42,779 bases of DNA. Source: Candidatus Nanopelagicales bacterium. Its GTDB lineage: Bacteria > Actinomycetota > Actinomycetes > S36-B12 > UBA10799. Positions 15,982-26,986 of this stretch are shown here, in pieces; the stretch's first letter is position 1, and each line of letters begins with the position of its first letter. Made by a program: the position numbers and the translations under genes. The stretch spans positions 1 to 42,779 of the forward strand of contig JAOAUD010000148.1 in assembly GCA_030157755.1 (NCBI GenBank), read 5' to 3'. The notes below the pieces were generated by a model. That model did no database searches. It was given only the letters and a program-made list of their open reading frames with translations, and had not been told where the DNA came from.

Positions 15982-16677
15982 ATGGAACTGCTTGAGGTTG
16001 CCCCAGCGCGTGTACTGGCCGTCGTTGCTCACCCCGACGACATTGAGTACGGAGCGGCCGCAGCGGTCGCGCAGTGGTCCGCCAACGGCGCCGACTGCCG
16101 CTACCTGCTTGCAACTCGGGGTGAAGCAGGAATCGACGCGATCGATCCCGCTGATGCGGCACCACTGCGCGAGGCCGAACAACGCGCAGGCGCTGCAGTC
16201 CTAGGCGTAGACGTGGTCGAGTTCCTCGACTATCCGGACGGGGTGATCGAGTACAGCATCGCGTTGCGCCGCGACATCGCCGAAGCCATTCGGCGCCATC
16301 GGCCCGACACAGTCCTGCTGTTCAACCATCGCGAGAATTGGGGCCCCGGGGCACGCAACAGTGCCGACCACCAGGCCGTCGGTCGCGCCGCACTCGATGC
16401 GATCGCGGATGCTGGGAACCGCTGGATTTTTCCCGGAACAGAACCTCACAGCGTCAAGCGCGCCTTCGTCGCCGGGTCACCTGAGTCGACCCACGCGATC
16501 GACGTATCTGCTGGAGTTGACCTCGCCGTCGCTTCGTTGTCCGAACATCGCGCCTACCTCGAAGGCCTTGGCGAACACCCGATGGCAGATCCCGAATTCC
16601 TTCGAGGATTCCTAGAACAGACGGGCTTCGCGGTAGGAGTGCCAGCTGCGCTGGCGGTCGAGGTCTGGAACTTCTGA
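15982..16677 (+). CDS. PIG-L/LmbE family N-acetylglucosaminyl deacetylase
   Basis: 231 aa. VLAVVAHPDDIEYG zinc-binding motif and a downstream HxDH-type motif (SADHQAVG). Several mycothiol-related paralogs exist, so I give no symbol. Confidence 0.82.
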   Translation: MELLEVAPARVLAVVAHPDDIEYGAAAAVAQWSANGADCRYLLATRGEAGIDAIDPADAAPLREAEQRAGAAVLGVDVVEFLDYPDGVIEYSIALRRDIAEAIRRHRPDTVLLFNHRENWGPGARNSADHQAVGRAALDAIADAGNRWIFPGTEPHSVKRAFVAGSPESTHAIDVSAGVDLAVASLSEHRAYLEGLGEHPMADPEFLRGFLEQTGFAVGVPAALAVEVWNF

Positions 16678-16683
16678 ACTCGA

Positions 16684-16713
16684 ACTTGACGCCCTCGTCA
16701 GGTTGGGTCAAGT
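16684..16713. promoter_or_regulatory. 7-bp perfect inverted repeat ACTTGAC-N16-GTCAAGT between the deacetylase and the acyl-CoA dehydrogenase (terminator or operator)
   Basis: ACTTGAC at 16684-16690 and GTCAAGT at 16707-16713. It lies 7 nt after the upstream stop and 40 nt before the acyl-CoA dehydrogenase ATG. Confidence 0.3.
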
Positions 16714-16752
16714 GGACGCTCGGCCCCGCGATTCCCGAGTACGTTCTCAGTC

Positions 16753-17934
16753 ATGACCAACGATCCATTCTCAACGGACGAGAGACGGGCTCTCGCGGCG
16801 TTGACGGCCGATTTCACCGCGAAGGAAATCGCGCCGAACCTCAATGACTGGGAAGACGCTGAACTGATCCCACGCGAAGTCCACAAGGCACTCGGCGATG
16901 CAGGGCTTTTGGGCATCGGCTACGCCGAGGAGGTGGGCGGATCCGGTGGCGACAGCATTGACGTCACTGTCCTGACTGAGAGCTTGCTGGGCGCCGGAGC
17001 CTCTGGCGGAGCATTCGCCTCACTGTTTAGTCACGGCATCGCGATCCCCCACATGATCGACGCAGCGAATCGCCGCCAAGTCGCGGGCGATGACGTCGGT
17101 GCGGATTGGCTGCTCGACGAAAACATTCGCCCCGTGCTCGCGGGTGACAAGATCGCCGCGCTCGGTGTCACGGAGCCCGACGGTGGTTCTGACGTGGTTC
17201 ACCTTCGCACGCGAGCAATCCCCGATGGCGATGACTGGATCATCAACGGCGCCAAGACCTACATCACCTCGGGGGTGCGCGCTGATGTCGTCGTGGTCGC
17301 GGCGCGCACTGCTGACTCGGGTGCATCGGGCGTCAGCCTGTTCGCGGTGGATACTTCGCTGCCCGGATTCGAGGTCACTCGAAAACTTCGGAAGATGGGC
17401 TGGGATTGCAGCGACACCGCCGAGCTGGCGTTTGTTGACCTTCGGGTTCCATCGCATGCCCTGCTGACACCTGAACCGGGTGGTGGATTCGCATCGCTAT
17501 CCCGCCACTTTGCAGTCGAACGCCTGTCTCTTGCGACCCTTGCGTATGCGACTGCTCAACGTTGCATCGACCTCACAGTTGAGTGGACACAACAGCGTCA
17601 GACGTTCGGACGGCCACTGATTTCCCGTCAGGTTGTCCGCCACGACCTCGTCGAGATGATTCGCAGAACGGACGTCGCTCGGGTCTACGCGCGCAACGTC
17701 GCAATTCGGCACGCCGCAGGCGAAGCCGTTCTCCTTGAAGCTGTCCTCGCGAAGAACACAGCCGTCGAGGCCTGCAACTGGGTCGTTGACCGCGCGGTCC
17801 AGCTACACGGTGGCCTCGGCTACATGCGCGGCACCGAAGTAGAACGCCATTACCGTGATGCGCGCATTATTGGCATCGGTGGCGGCGCTACGGAGGTCAT
17901 GACGGACCTGGCAGCAAAGCTGCTCGGATGGTGA
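16753..17934 (+). CDS. Acyl-CoA dehydrogenase
   Basis: 393 aa with the three-domain ACAD pattern (N-terminal helical domain, GVTEPDGGSDV middle domain, C-terminal QLHGGLGYMRGTEVERHYRDARIIGIGGGATEV). Confidence 0.9.
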   Translation: MTNDPFSTDERRALAALTADFTAKEIAPNLNDWEDAELIPREVHKALGDAGLLGIGYAEEVGGSGGDSIDVTVLTESLLGAGASGGAFASLFSHGIAIPHMIDAANRRQVAGDDVGADWLLDENIRPVLAGDKIAALGVTEPDGGSDVVHLRTRAIPDGDDWIINGAKTYITSGVRADVVVVAARTADSGASGVSLFAVDTSLPGFEVTRKLRKMGWDCSDTAELAFVDLRVPSHALLTPEPGGGFASLSRHFAVERLSLATLAYATAQRCIDLTVEWTQQRQTFGRPLISRQVVRHDLVEMIRRTDVARVYARNVAIRHAAGEAVLLEAVLAKNTAVEACNWVVDRAVQLHGGLGYMRGTEVERHYRDARIIGIGGGATEVMTDLAAKLLGW

Positions 17935-17957
17935 CGAGGCAAGGTGAATTCCAACAG

Positions 17958-18770
17958 ATGAAGCGTCTTGTCGGCACCTGCGCCGCGATCATCAGCGTCG
18001 TCGCACTAGCCGCCTGCGGGAGTGGCAATGTTGGTGCAGGCCCGACTGCCGGCGCCCCCGTGGGCACTGTCAACGGTGAACCGGCCCAACCTGGCCAGTT
18101 TCCTTGGATGGCATCAACCCAACTCGGTGACGGGGCACCCTGCGGTGGAGCGCTGATCGCGCCAACCTGGGTGTTGACAGGCAAGCACTGCCATGGCAAC
18201 GCGCTGACCGATAACCCTGAGCGGTGGCAGGTCCGCGTTGGCTCTGTTGATCGAACTCAGGGTGGGGAACTCGTTGATGTGCGCGACTTCGTCGACTACC
18301 CGGACGACAATGTCGACCTCGCGTTGATTCAGCTTGACCGGCCCGTATCGGTCGTGCCATTGGCGGTGATCGCAGCGGATGAAAGAGCGCCGTTCCAGGT
18401 CGGGGCATCTGCCATTACCCTCGGATGGGGAACCAATGGTCAAAGTAAGCGCGCTGCCAAGACTCTTGACTGGACTCCGGAAGTCACGGCTGACAATGCC
18501 ACGTGCGAGGGCGGCGAAGACGGCGTGTTCTGTGGTGGACGGCCGGGCAACCAAGGATCTGGCACCTGCATGTTCGACAGCGGGGCACCGTATGTCTGGG
18601 CGCAGAAAGGCTTTGCCTCCGACGGGACGCCGTTGTCGACGCCATACGTCGCGGGCACTCTACGAGGGCTCAACAATGAGACGTGCGGTATCGCCGGGCA
18701 GAACGATGACTGGCAGTCCGTTGGCGGCAGGTACGGCGACTGGATTCGCACGCAGATCGGCAGCAGTTGA
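17958..18770 (+). CDS. Trypsin-like (S1 family) serine protease, probable lipoprotein
   Basis: MKRLVGTCAAIISVVALAACGSG has a lipobox-like LAAC. The catalytic triad contexts are WVLTGKHC (His), DLALIQL (Asp) and TCMFDSGAP (Ser). I chose the ATG at 17958 rather than 17928, which would overlap the ACAD gene. Confidence 0.78.
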   Translation: MKRLVGTCAAIISVVALAACGSGNVGAGPTAGAPVGTVNGEPAQPGQFPWMASTQLGDGAPCGGALIAPTWVLTGKHCHGNALTDNPERWQVRVGSVDRTQGGELVDVRDFVDYPDDNVDLALIQLDRPVSVVPLAVIAADERAPFQVGASAITLGWGTNGQSKRAAKTLDWTPEVTADNATCEGGEDGVFCGGRPGNQGSGTCMFDSGAPYVWAQKGFASDGTPLSTPYVAGTLRGLNNETCGIAGQNDDWQSVGGRYGDWIRTQIGSS

Positions 18771-18994
18771 ACGTTACGTGCTGGCTAGTCGCCTTCGTCA
18801 GCGCAATGGTGATCGCGGCGTGGGTATCCGCAATCCACTGATAGACCGGGCCTTCGAACGCTCTATGGTCAGCCAGGAAATCGGCGTAAGAACCTGGAAC
18901 GAATTGGTCGCACCCGCATAAGTGCCCAAACTCAGGGCATCTGCGGAAGATTCTGACTCGTACCCATCTCGGGAACGTGCAGTCCTCATGACGT

Positions 18995-19990
18995 CTAGCC
19001 GGTGCGGGTGACCACGTAGTCGCACAATGCCTCAAGCGCGCCGCGTACCGGTCCCTCGTCCAGCACTGAGATGGATTCGCGGGCGTCGTCGGCCCAACTC
19101 CGGGCAACCGCGCGAGCCTCTTCGAAAGCTGGGTGTTGAGCAAGTAGTTCGATGGCTTCGATGTGCTCTGCGTCGTCGGGAAGCGGGCGTGACAGCAGGT
19201 CCTGCAATCGAGCATCAGCTGGGTCAGTCGAGCGCATTGCGATCAATGCGGGAAGTGTTTGAATTCCTTCGCGCAAGTCCGTTCCCTGCGTCTTCCCCGA
19301 GGTATCGCCGTCACTGGCGACGTCGACGAGGTCGTCGGCAAGCTGGAACGCGACGCCGATCCGTTCGCCGTACCGCGTCATAACTTCGATCGTCGCGTCG
19401 TCGCAACCGGCGAACATCGCCCCGAATCGACCAGAGGTGGCGATCAAGGATCCCGTCTTGTCCGCAAGAACCTGCAGGTGATGTTCGACTGGATCTTCTC
19501 CAGGAACCGGACCGACCGTCTCGTGGATCTGCCCCGTGACCAGCCGTTCGAACGTGCGCGCTTGGATCCGCACGGCCTCAGGACCAAGATCGGCCAGCAT
19601 GTCCGAGGCCCGCGCGAAAAGGAAGTCTCCGGTCAAGATCGCGACGGTATTTCCCCACCTCGCGTTGGCTGAGTCTGTGCCTCTCCGACGAGGAGCTTCA
19701 TCCATCACGTCATCGTGGTAGAGGGTTGCGAGGTGGGTGAGTTCCACGACGACGGCAGAGTCGGTTACCCCAGGAGCACCCGGATCGCCGAGGTTCGCAG
19801 CCAGCACAGCGAGCAATGGCCGGAACCTCTTGCCCCCGGCGTCAACGAGATGTTTGGCAGCAGCGGAAATGAAGTCATCGTCACTCTTGACGGCTTGAGC
19901 AAGGCGCACTTCGACGTCGGCGAGACCGGCTGCGATATCTGCGTTGAGGCGCTCGTCACCGAGGTCGTAACTGTTGACTGCGCTCACCAC
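18995..19990 (-). CDS. Polyprenyl diphosphate synthase (trans-isoprenyl diphosphate synthase, GrcC1/HepT-like, menaquinone side chain)
   Basis: 331 aa with the first DDxxD motif in LYHDDVMDEA and the second in AFQLADDLVD. It lies immediately downstream of nuoN. Confidence 0.9.
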   Translation of the reverse strand: MVSAVNSYDLGDERLNADIAAGLADVEVRLAQAVKSDDDFISAAAKHLVDAGGKRFRPLLAVLAANLGDPGAPGVTDSAVVVELTHLATLYHDDVMDEAPRRRGTDSANARWGNTVAILTGDFLFARASDMLADLGPEAVRIQARTFERLVTGQIHETVGPVPGEDPVEHHLQVLADKTGSLIATSGRFGAMFAGCDDATIEVMTRYGERIGVAFQLADDLVDVASDGDTSGKTQGTDLREGIQTLPALIAMRSTDPADARLQDLLSRPLPDDAEHIEAIELLAQHPAFEEARAVARSWADDARESISVLDEGPVRGALEALCDYVVTRTG

Positions 19991-20013
19991 TGCTCCAGTA
20001 TGTCTTAGACCAG

Positions 20014-21576
20014 CTAGCGAACGAAGATCGATGCCTTTTCAGCCAGATCAAGGAACGGCTGGGGGATGATTCCCAGAACGATCGTCAGTGCCAGTCCAGC
20101 CGCGATCGCGATCGCGGTGAACGAGCTCGGGATGACGACCGTCGGACCGTCAGCCTGCGGCTCCGTGAAGAACATGATCACGATGACACGACCGTAGAAG
20201 AACACCGCGATTGCGCTGGCGATCACCGCGACGACAACAAGCCATCCGGCGCCGCCGGCGACACCCGCTTCAAACACCGCAAACTTCCCAATGAATCCAG
20301 CAGTTAGCGGGATGCCCGCGAAGCTCAATAGGAAGATGGTGAAGGCGCCAGCAACCCAAGGGGACCGCTTACCGAGGCCAGCCCAGGACGACAGGTGCGT
20401 TGCCTCGCCGGTGGAGTCTCGAACGAGCGAAACCACCCCGAATGCACCGATCGTTGCGACGCCGTAGGCGAGCAGGTAGAACATCGCTCCACCAATGCCC
20501 TGCTCGTTGGTCGCGATGACGGCGATCAAGAGGAACCCAGCATGTGCGATGGACGAGTACGCGAGCATCCGCTTCACGTCGGTTTGCGTCAACGCGATGA
20601 TCACGCCCACGAACATCGTCAGGATTGCAATCACCCAGAACATGGGGCGCCAATCCCAACGCAGGCCACCAAGCGCGACGTACATGATGCGAAGCATGGC
20701 GCCGAACGCGGCGAGCTTCACACACGCAGCCATGAAGCTGGTGATCGACGTTGGCGAACCCTGGTAGACGTCTGGCGCCCACTGATGGAACGGCACAGCC
20801 GCGACCTTAAAGAACAGGCCCACCGAAATGAGTGCCATGCCTGCAATCAGCAAGCCGTTCTGACCGGCGTTGGCGTTAACTGCATCAGCGATTCCGCCAA
20901 GGTCAACAGTCCCTGCAAAGCCGTAGAGCATCGCTGCTCCGTAAAGGAAGAAACCTGAGCTGAAGGCTCCAAGCAGGAAGTACTTCATCGCAGCTTCTTG
21001 GCTGAGCAGACGACGACGTCGAGCCATGCCGGCTAGCAGGTAGAGCGGCAGCGACATGATTTCGAGCCCGACGAACAGGATCAGCAAATCGCTGCCTGTA
21101 ACGAAGAGCAACATGCCACCGACACTGAACAGGAACAGTGGCCAAATCTCAGTGGTCAACCAACCGCGCTTGGTGAACTCTCGTTCATCGACGCTGCCTG
21201 GCAGTGCGTTGGCTCGCGCGGCGAAAGCGTCCCCGGCCGAGTCAACTCCCTTTTCAGCCACCAGCAAAGCGGCCATGATCGCAAGGATCAGCAGGCTGCC
21301 TTGCAGGAACAATGAAGGTCCGTCGACCGCAACGGCACCGGCAGCTGCCAATGCACGCTGACCGGCCAGCGAAACGACCAGGATGAAGGCGACGATCAAG
21401 GTTGCGAACGTCAGGACCAACTGGACATTGCGGCGTGCTTCGCGCGGAACAAATGCCTCCACGAGCACCGACACAACAGCCATCCCCAGCACAACCAGGA
21501 TTGGCGCGATCTGGTGGTAATCGATCGACGGCATTTCAAACGTTTGATTGGCGGCTGCCCCAAGTAACTGAATCAT
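20014..21576 (-). CDS. nuoN: NADH-quinone oxidoreductase subunit N
   Basis: 520-aa polytopic membrane protein of the Mrp-antiporter-like family. It is the last gene of the nuo operon, and its ATG overlaps the nuoM stop (ATGA at 21573-21576). Confidence 0.92.
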   Translation of the reverse strand: MIQLLGAAANQTFEMPSIDYHQIAPILVVLGMAVVSVLVEAFVPREARRNVQLVLTFATLIVAFILVVSLAGQRALAAAGAVAVDGPSLFLQGSLLILAIMAALLVAEKGVDSAGDAFAARANALPGSVDEREFTKRGWLTTEIWPLFLFSVGGMLLFVTGSDLLILFVGLEIMSLPLYLLAGMARRRRLLSQEAAMKYFLLGAFSSGFFLYGAAMLYGFAGTVDLGGIADAVNANAGQNGLLIAGMALISVGLFFKVAAVPFHQWAPDVYQGSPTSITSFMAACVKLAAFGAMLRIMYVALGGLRWDWRPMFWVIAILTMFVGVIIALTQTDVKRMLAYSSIAHAGFLLIAVIATNEQGIGGAMFYLLAYGVATIGAFGVVSLVRDSTGEATHLSSWAGLGKRSPWVAGAFTIFLLSFAGIPLTAGFIGKFAVFEAGVAGGAGWLVVVAVIASAIAVFFYGRVIVIMFFTEPQADGPTVVIPSSFTAIAIAAGLALTIVLGIIPQPFLDLAEKASIFVR

Positions 21577-23168
21577 CGGGCACCTCCCTCAACCGTGCCA
21601 ACAACTCTTTGCGCTTCTTGCTTGGCAGGTCCTGATTCAGCGAGCGGTTTCACCGCAGGTTCAGGGTCTCGTTGACCTGTCTGCAACATGACTCGGTCGA
21701 CAGCAGGGTTGATCACGTCGAGAACCGGCTTCGGGTAGACACCAAGCGCTACCAGGAGCACCAACATCGGAATGATCGCCAATGCCTCGCGGCCCTTGAT
21801 GTCGGTCATCTTCTCGCAGCCCGCTTTGACCGGTCCGGTCATCGTGCGCTGGTACAAGTACAGGATGTAGATCGCGGCCAGGACGATTCCGAGCGTCGCA
21901 ATGACTGCGGCCACTGTGTACTTCTCGAAGGTTCCGACCAGCACGAGGAACTCGCTGACGAAGCTGCTCAGACCTGGCAGCGACAGCGAACTCAGGCCAG
22001 CGATCAGGAACAGACCGGCCAGCACGGGGGCAACCCGGTAGACGCCTCCGTAGTCAGCGACGAGTCGCGATCCGCGCCGTGTCATCAAGAAGCCTGCGAT
22101 CAGGAACAACGCGCCAGTCGAGAAGCCGTGGTTCAACATGTAGAACGTCGAACCTGACTGCCCCTGGGTTGTCATCGCGAAGATTCCGAGACCGATGAAA
22201 CCGAAGTGCGAGATCGAGGTGTAGGCGATAAGTCGCTTGAGGTCGGTCTGACCAATTGCCAACAACGCGCCGTAGAGGATTCCGACGACACACAACACGA
22301 TGATCACCGGTGCATAGAACGCCGAGGCCGCCGGGAAGATCGGTAGGCAAAGCTTGATCATTCCGAAGGTACCGACTTTGTCGAGCACACCGACGAGGAG
22401 CACAGCCGTGCCAGGAGTCGACGCTGCCGCCGCATCAGGTAACCACGTGTGGAATGGCACCAATGGAGCCTTTATCGCGAAGGCAATGAAGAAGCCGAGG
22501 AACAGCAGCTTCTGAGTGCCTGGATCGATGTTCAGGTTCGTCAGGGTCGTGAAGTCGAACGTTCCGGTTCCCAGTTCTTGGGCGCTGACGACATAGAGGC
22601 CGATGAGTGCGGCCAACATGAGCAGTCCGCCGACCAAGCTGTAGAGCAGGAACTTGACTGCCGCGTACTGGCGTCCAGGTCCGCCGTAGCGGCCGATCAG
22701 GAAGTACACCGGGATCAGCATTGCCTCGAAGAAGACGTAGAACAGGAACACGTCTGTCGCTGCGAATACGCCGACCATGAATGTCTCGAGGATCAGCAGC
22801 AGTGCGAAGTAACCCTTGACGCTGCCCATCGCGTCGTCGGCGTCATTCCACGCGGCCAGGATGACCAGCGGCACAAGAATTACCGACAGCGCGATCAGGA
22901 CGAGCGAGATTCCGTCTACTCCGACCGAATACGAGATGCCGAAGCTGCGAATCCAGGAGTGGGATTCCACAAACTGGAATTCCGCAGTTGAGTCTGCATC
23001 AAATTGCAGCGCCATCGCGATCACGAGAATCAGCGGGATAACGCTGAAGACCACGGCCAAGCGCTTGGCGAGTTCGTTTGATGCCTTCGGCAACAGCATG
23101 ATGACAAAGGCGCCAATAAGCGGGATGACACCAATTGTGGTGAGCCATGGGAACGACATATCGGTCAC
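21573..23168 (-). CDS. nuoM: NADH-quinone oxidoreductase subunit M
   Basis: 531-aa antiporter-like membrane subunit ([12 protein letters not shown] motif). Its GTG overlaps the nuoL stop; an alternative ATG lies at 23159. Confidence 0.92.
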   Translation of the reverse strand: MTDMSFPWLTTIGVIPLIGAFVIMLLPKASNELAKRLAVVFSVIPLILVIAMALQFDADSTAEFQFVESHSWIRSFGISYSVGVDGISLVLIALSVILVPLVILAAWNDADDAMGSVKGYFALLLILETFMVGVFAATDVFLFYVFFEAMLIPVYFLIGRYGGPGRQYAAVKFLLYSLVGGLLMLAALIGLYVVSAQELGTGTFDFTTLTNLNIDPGTQKLLFLGFFIAFAIKAPLVPFHTWLPDAAAASTPGTAVLLVGVLDKVGTFGMIKLCLPIFPAASAFYAPVIIVLCVVGILYGALLAIGQTDLKRLIAYTSISHFGFIGLGIFAMTTQGQSGSTFYMLNHGFSTGALFLIAGFLMTRRGSRLVADYGGVYRVAPVLAGLFLIAGLSSLSLPGLSSFVSEFLVLVGTFEKYTVAAVIATLGIVLAAIYILYLYQRTMTGPVKAGCEKMTDIKGREALAIIPMLVLLVALGVYPKPVLDVINPAVDRVMLQTGQRDPEPAVKPLAESGPAKQEAQRVVGTVEGGAR

Positions 23169-25126
23169 GTCCTCACCAGAATCAGGGCAGCGATCACAAG
23201 GACCGCGCCTCCCAGCATGGACAGGGCGTAGGAGCGAGCAAATCCTGTTTGGATCCGACGCATCCGACCCGACAAGCCGCCGAGTGCAGCAGCAATCCCA
23301 TTCACCAGACCATCAATTCCACGATTGTCGAAGAACACCAGTGAGCGAGTCAGCCACTGGCCGGGGCGCATGAAGACTTCTTCGTTGAAGGCGTCGCCAT
23401 AGAGGTCGTGGCGAGCGGCAACTGTCAGCGGTGATACGTGCTGTGGGGCAACCAGCGGAACATCGCGGCGGTACTGCAGATACGCGATGGTGGCACCGAT
23501 GATCACCAGTGCGAGGCTCGCGGCCTCCATCACCAGCGAACTCACAGCGAGTTCGGTTTCCTCGAACCCAGTGACTGGAGCCAGCCAGGTTTCGATCGCT
23601 CCGGCGAGCATGAATCCCGCGACCACAGAAAGGAACGCGAGGATCGCCATCGGGATCCACATGACCGAAGAAGACTCGTGCGGATGCTTGTTGTCCTCGG
23701 TCCAGCGACTCTTGCCAGTGAACGTCATCGTCCACAGTCGAGTCATGTAGAACGCCGTGATTCCAGCGCCGAGCAGCGCCACAGCGCCGACGATCCAGTT
23801 CACGCCGAACGCGGCCTCGATGATCTTGTCTTTGGAGTAGAAGCCAGCGAACGGTGGGACACCCATGATCGCCAGCCAGCCACAGCTGAAGGTGATGAAG
23901 GTGATGACCATGACTTTTCGCAGTGCCCCGAATCTGCGCATGTCGAGTTGGTCGTTCATCCCGTGCATGACAGACCCGGCGCCAAGGAACATGTTGGCCT
24001 TGAAGAAGCCGTGGGTCACAAGGTGGAAGATCGCGAAGACGTATCCGACTGGTCCGAGACCTGCCGCCAGGATCATGTATCCGATCTGACTCATCGTGGA
24101 GCCAGCCAGAGCTTTCTTGATGTCATCCTTCGCGCAACCGATGATTGCACCAAACATCAACGTGATAGCTCCGACGATCATGACGACAGTTCTCGCTGTC
24201 GGGGTGGCGTCGAATATTGGCCCGCTTCGGACGATGAGGTACACGCCCGCGGTCACCATGGTTGCCGCATGGATGAGCGCCGAGACAGGCGTCGGACCTT
24301 CCATCGCGTCGAGCAGCCATGACTGCAACGGGAACTGGGCGGACTTACCGCAAGCTGCGAGCAGCAGCATGAGGCCGATCCACGTCATCGTTGTGGGATT
24401 GCCTTCGGCGGCGTTGTTCAGAACGCCAGGGAAGGTGACGGACCCGAAAGTCACGAACATGAGCATGATCGCGATCGACAGTCCGACGTCACCAACGCGG
24501 TTGACGACGAAGGCCTTCTTGGCTGCTGTGGCGGCGGTCGGCTTGTACATCCAGAAACCGATCAGCAGGTACGACGCCAGACCGACGCCTTCCCAGCCGA
24601 CGTACAGCAGCAAGTAGCTGTCCGCTGTGACGAGCAACAACATCGCCGCAACGAACAAGTTCAGGTAAGCGAAGAACTTCCGCTTTTCCGGGTCGTGCTT
24701 CATGTACCCGAGTGAGTAAATGTGGATCAGTGATCCCACGAAGGTAATGAGGAGCACGAAGACGATGGACAGCTGATCAAGCTGCATTCCAAGTGGAGCT
24801 TGGAACCTGCCGACTATGACCCAGTCCCAGATATGGAGATTGACGGGTCGATCGTTCGCCGGAAGTCCTAGCATCTTGAGGTACATGATCGCGCCGACGA
24901 CAAAGGCGCCACATGACATCGCGATCGCGAAGTACGGGCCCCACTTGTCGGTGCGCTTGCCGCCGATCAGCAGCAGGGCGGCTCCAAGCAAAGGCAGAGC
25001 GAGGAGAAGCCACATGTAGGAGAACGCACCTGTGGCAACCGCCGGGTTGTTCACGGTGGGCTCGATGTTGTTGGCATCAATCTGGCTCGATGCAACAACG
25101 GATGCAAATGTCTGAGTCAAGTTCAT
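23165..25126 (-). CDS. nuoL: NADH-quinone oxidoreductase subunit L
   Basis: 653-aa antiporter-like subunit ([38 protein letters not shown]) with a C-terminal extension consistent with the lateral helix. Confidence 0.93.
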   Translation of the reverse strand: MNLTQTFASVVASSQIDANNIEPTVNNPAVATGAFSYMWLLLALPLLGAALLLIGGKRTDKWGPYFAIAMSCGAFVVGAIMYLKMLGLPANDRPVNLHIWDWVIVGRFQAPLGMQLDQLSIVFVLLITFVGSLIHIYSLGYMKHDPEKRKFFAYLNLFVAAMLLLVTADSYLLLYVGWEGVGLASYLLIGFWMYKPTAATAAKKAFVVNRVGDVGLSIAIMLMFVTFGSVTFPGVLNNAAEGNPTTMTWIGLMLLLAACGKSAQFPLQSWLLDAMEGPTPVSALIHAATMVTAGVYLIVRSGPIFDATPTARTVVMIVGAITLMFGAIIGCAKDDIKKALAGSTMSQIGYMILAAGLGPVGYVFAIFHLVTHGFFKANMFLGAGSVMHGMNDQLDMRRFGALRKVMVITFITFSCGWLAIMGVPPFAGFYSKDKIIEAAFGVNWIVGAVALLGAGITAFYMTRLWTMTFTGKSRWTEDNKHPHESSSVMWIPMAILAFLSVVAGFMLAGAIETWLAPVTGFEETELAVSSLVMEAASLALVIIGATIAYLQYRRDVPLVAPQHVSPLTVAARHDLYGDAFNEEVFMRPGQWLTRSLVFFDNRGIDGLVNGIAAALGGLSGRMRRIQTGFARSYALSMLGGAVLVIAALILVRT

Positions 25127-25137
25127 TTCGCCGCCCC

Positions 25138-25437
25138 CTAGTACTTCAGCAAGCTAGGTTCGTCGACCGAAGCCGAGCGGCGGGTGCGGTAGATGGTCAC
25201 GATGATCGCGAGCCCCACGACGACCTCAGCGGCCGCAACAACCATGACGAAGAAGGCGATCGTCTGCCCATACAGGTTGCCGTTCTGTTGGGCGAACGCA
25301 ACGAATGCCAGGTTCGAGGCATTAAGCATCATTTCCACGCACATGAACACGATCAGGGCGTTTCGACGGACCAAGACTCCAAGGACACCGAGCGAGAACA
25401 GGATCGCTGAGAGAACCAGGTAGTGCGTTGTACTCAT
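25138..25437 (-). CDS. nuoK: NADH-quinone oxidoreductase subunit K
   Basis: 99 aa with three TM helices, [25 protein letters not shown] signature. Confidence 0.93.
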   Translation of the reverse strand: MSTTHYLVLSAILFSLGVLGVLVRRNALIVFMCVEMMLNASNLAFVAFAQQNGNLYGQTIAFFVMVVAAAEVVVGLAIIVTIYRTRRSASVDEPSLLKY

Positions 25438-26276
25438 CGCTGCTCACCTGCCTCATCGTCATCGACAGTCACAACCGTGTGTCCCTCCGAAATTTCGTCG
25501 ACTTCGACCTCAGCGGCGACATCTACGGGGCGCACGTTGCCGCGCTCCTGCAGTGGGCCTGGGACCGATTCAGGAACGACCGATCCGTCTGGTGCCAAAG
25601 CAGGAGTATCAATGGCGTTGTGCCGGGCGTAGGTACCGGCCGGTGGCAGGTTTCCTGGCAGTTCGCCGGTCGCCGCGTAGCGTGCAAAACGAGCGATCGA
25701 GCGTTGTTCCTGCGTTGGCTTCGGCGTGTGACGCTCGCGGTGTGCCAGCAACATAGCGCCGAGTGCAGCGATGATCAGCAGCGCCGAAGTGACTTCGAAC
25801 GCCACGATGTAGTCAGTGAAGATGATCTTCGCGATTCCTTGCAGGTTGCCGCCATACTGCGAGTTGGCTGCTTCGAGCGATGGCTCCGGAACTCCAGACA
25901 AGCCGTTAACGATCGCTCCGATCAACAGACCGGCGAACGCGAGAACCAAGATGATCGCGGCCCATCGCTGCCCGCGGATCGTTTCGATCAATGAATCTGA
26001 TGCATCAACGCCGACGATCATCATGACGAAGACGAACAACATCATGACTGCGCCGGTGTAGACGATGATCTGCACCATCCCGAGGAACGGGGCCTGCAGT
26101 GCCACGTAAAGAATCGCGAGGTTGATCATCGTCAGGGCGACGAAGAGTGCGCTGTGCACCGGCTTGCGGCTCAGCAGCATCCCGAGTGCCCCGATAACGC
26201 AGAGGGTGGCGCACACCCAGAAGACAATCTCGGCGCCGACGTCAGTGCCGGAGGCGAGAAGCGAAGTTGCGCTCAC
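25434..26276 (-). CDS. nuoJ: NADH-quinone oxidoreductase subunit J (with a hydrophilic C-terminal tail)
   Basis: 280 aa. The N-terminal ~170 aa form the NuoJ membrane core ([42 protein letters not shown]). The gene overlaps nuoI and nuoK by 4 nt at each end. Confidence 0.9.
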   Translation of the reverse strand: MSATSLLASGTDVGAEIVFWVCATLCVIGALGMLLSRKPVHSALFVALTMINLAILYVALQAPFLGMVQIIVYTGAVMMLFVFVMMIVGVDASDSLIETIRGQRWAAIILVLAFAGLLIGAIVNGLSGVPEPSLEAANSQYGGNLQGIAKIIFTDYIVAFEVTSALLIIAALGAMLLAHRERHTPKPTQEQRSIARFARYAATGELPGNLPPAGTYARHNAIDTPALAPDGSVVPESVPGPLQERGNVRPVDVAAEVEVDEISEGHTVVTVDDDEAGEQR

Positions 26277-26986
26277 TGCGCTCCTCCCTTTTTCTCATCC
26301 GCTGCAAGGTCGGCAAGAACTTCTTCGCGATCGTTGGCAACACGCTCTTGCGCGACCTTGATCGCGGCTTCCTCATTCGCAGCGGCATCTGCCAGGCGTT
26401 CGTCAGCGGTCGCTGCCTGGGCCGAAACCTTCTCGACTTCGCGGGCTGCGACCTCGTCTGCCTGAGCTGGTGTGGAGCCGGTGACCTTGCCGTCGTAGTA
26501 GTCCTTGGCCGTCGTACCAGCAACCATCGAATGTGGCGGCGGAACCATGCCTGGCATCAGCGGGGCAAGGAGATCATCTTTCTCGTAGATAAGCTTCTCG
26601 CGACTGTTGTCGGCTAGTTCGTACTCGTTCGTCATGGTCAAAGCCCGTGTTGGACATGCCTCAATGCAGAGCCCACACAGAATGCAGCGAAGGTAGTTGA
26701 TTTGGTAGACCGCGCCGTAACGCTCGCCCGGTGAGTGACGCTCGCCCTCTTCGTTGTCCGCACCTTCGACGTAGATCGCATCGGCTGGGCAGGCCCAGGC
26801 ACACAGCTCGCAGCCCACGCACTTTTCCAGCCCATCTGGATGCCGGTTGAGTTGATGGCGACCGTGGAAGGCGGGCTTGGGCGGGTACTTGTCCTTGTCT
26901 TCGGGGTACTGCTCGGTATTGACCTTGCGGAACATGGTGAAGAAGGTCGTCGAGAAGCCGCGTACGGCTTGAGGTAGTTCAGCCAC
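26273..26986 (-). CDS. nuoI: NADH-quinone oxidoreductase subunit I, with a ~65-aa Ala/Glu-rich C-terminal extension
   Basis: [12 protein letters not shown] and [12 protein letters not shown] 4Fe-4S motifs. I chose the GTG at 26984-26986 ([11 protein letters not shown]...), which overlaps the nuoH stop by 8 nt; the track start at 27022 is also possible. Confidence 0.9.
   Translation of the reverse strand: MAELPQAVRGFSTTFFTMFRKVNTEQYPEDKDKYPPKPAFHGRHQLNRHPDGLEKCVGCELCAWACPADAIYVEGADNEEGERHSPGERYGAVYQINYLRCILCGLCIEACPTRALTMTNEYELADNSREKLIYEKDDLLAPLMPGMVPPPHSMVAGTTAKDYYDGKVTGSTPAQADEVAAREVEKVSAQAATADERLADAAANEEAAIKVAQERVANDREEVLADLAADEKKGGAQ

Noticed and set aside
18670-19215. Minus-strand ORF spanning the 224-bp convergent spacer between the protease and the polyprenyl synthase (contains ...FVPGSYADFLADHRAFEGPVYQWIADTHAAITIALTKATSQ...). 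The 63-codon ATG ORF at 18798-18989 belongs here too.
   Set aside because: The protein-like frame has no ATG/GTG/TTG start inside the spacer. It would have to begin inside the synthase gene and end 100 bp inside the protease gene. The short ATG ORF has poor codon bias and no RBS. It may be a decayed gene remnant, but it is not supportable as a feature.
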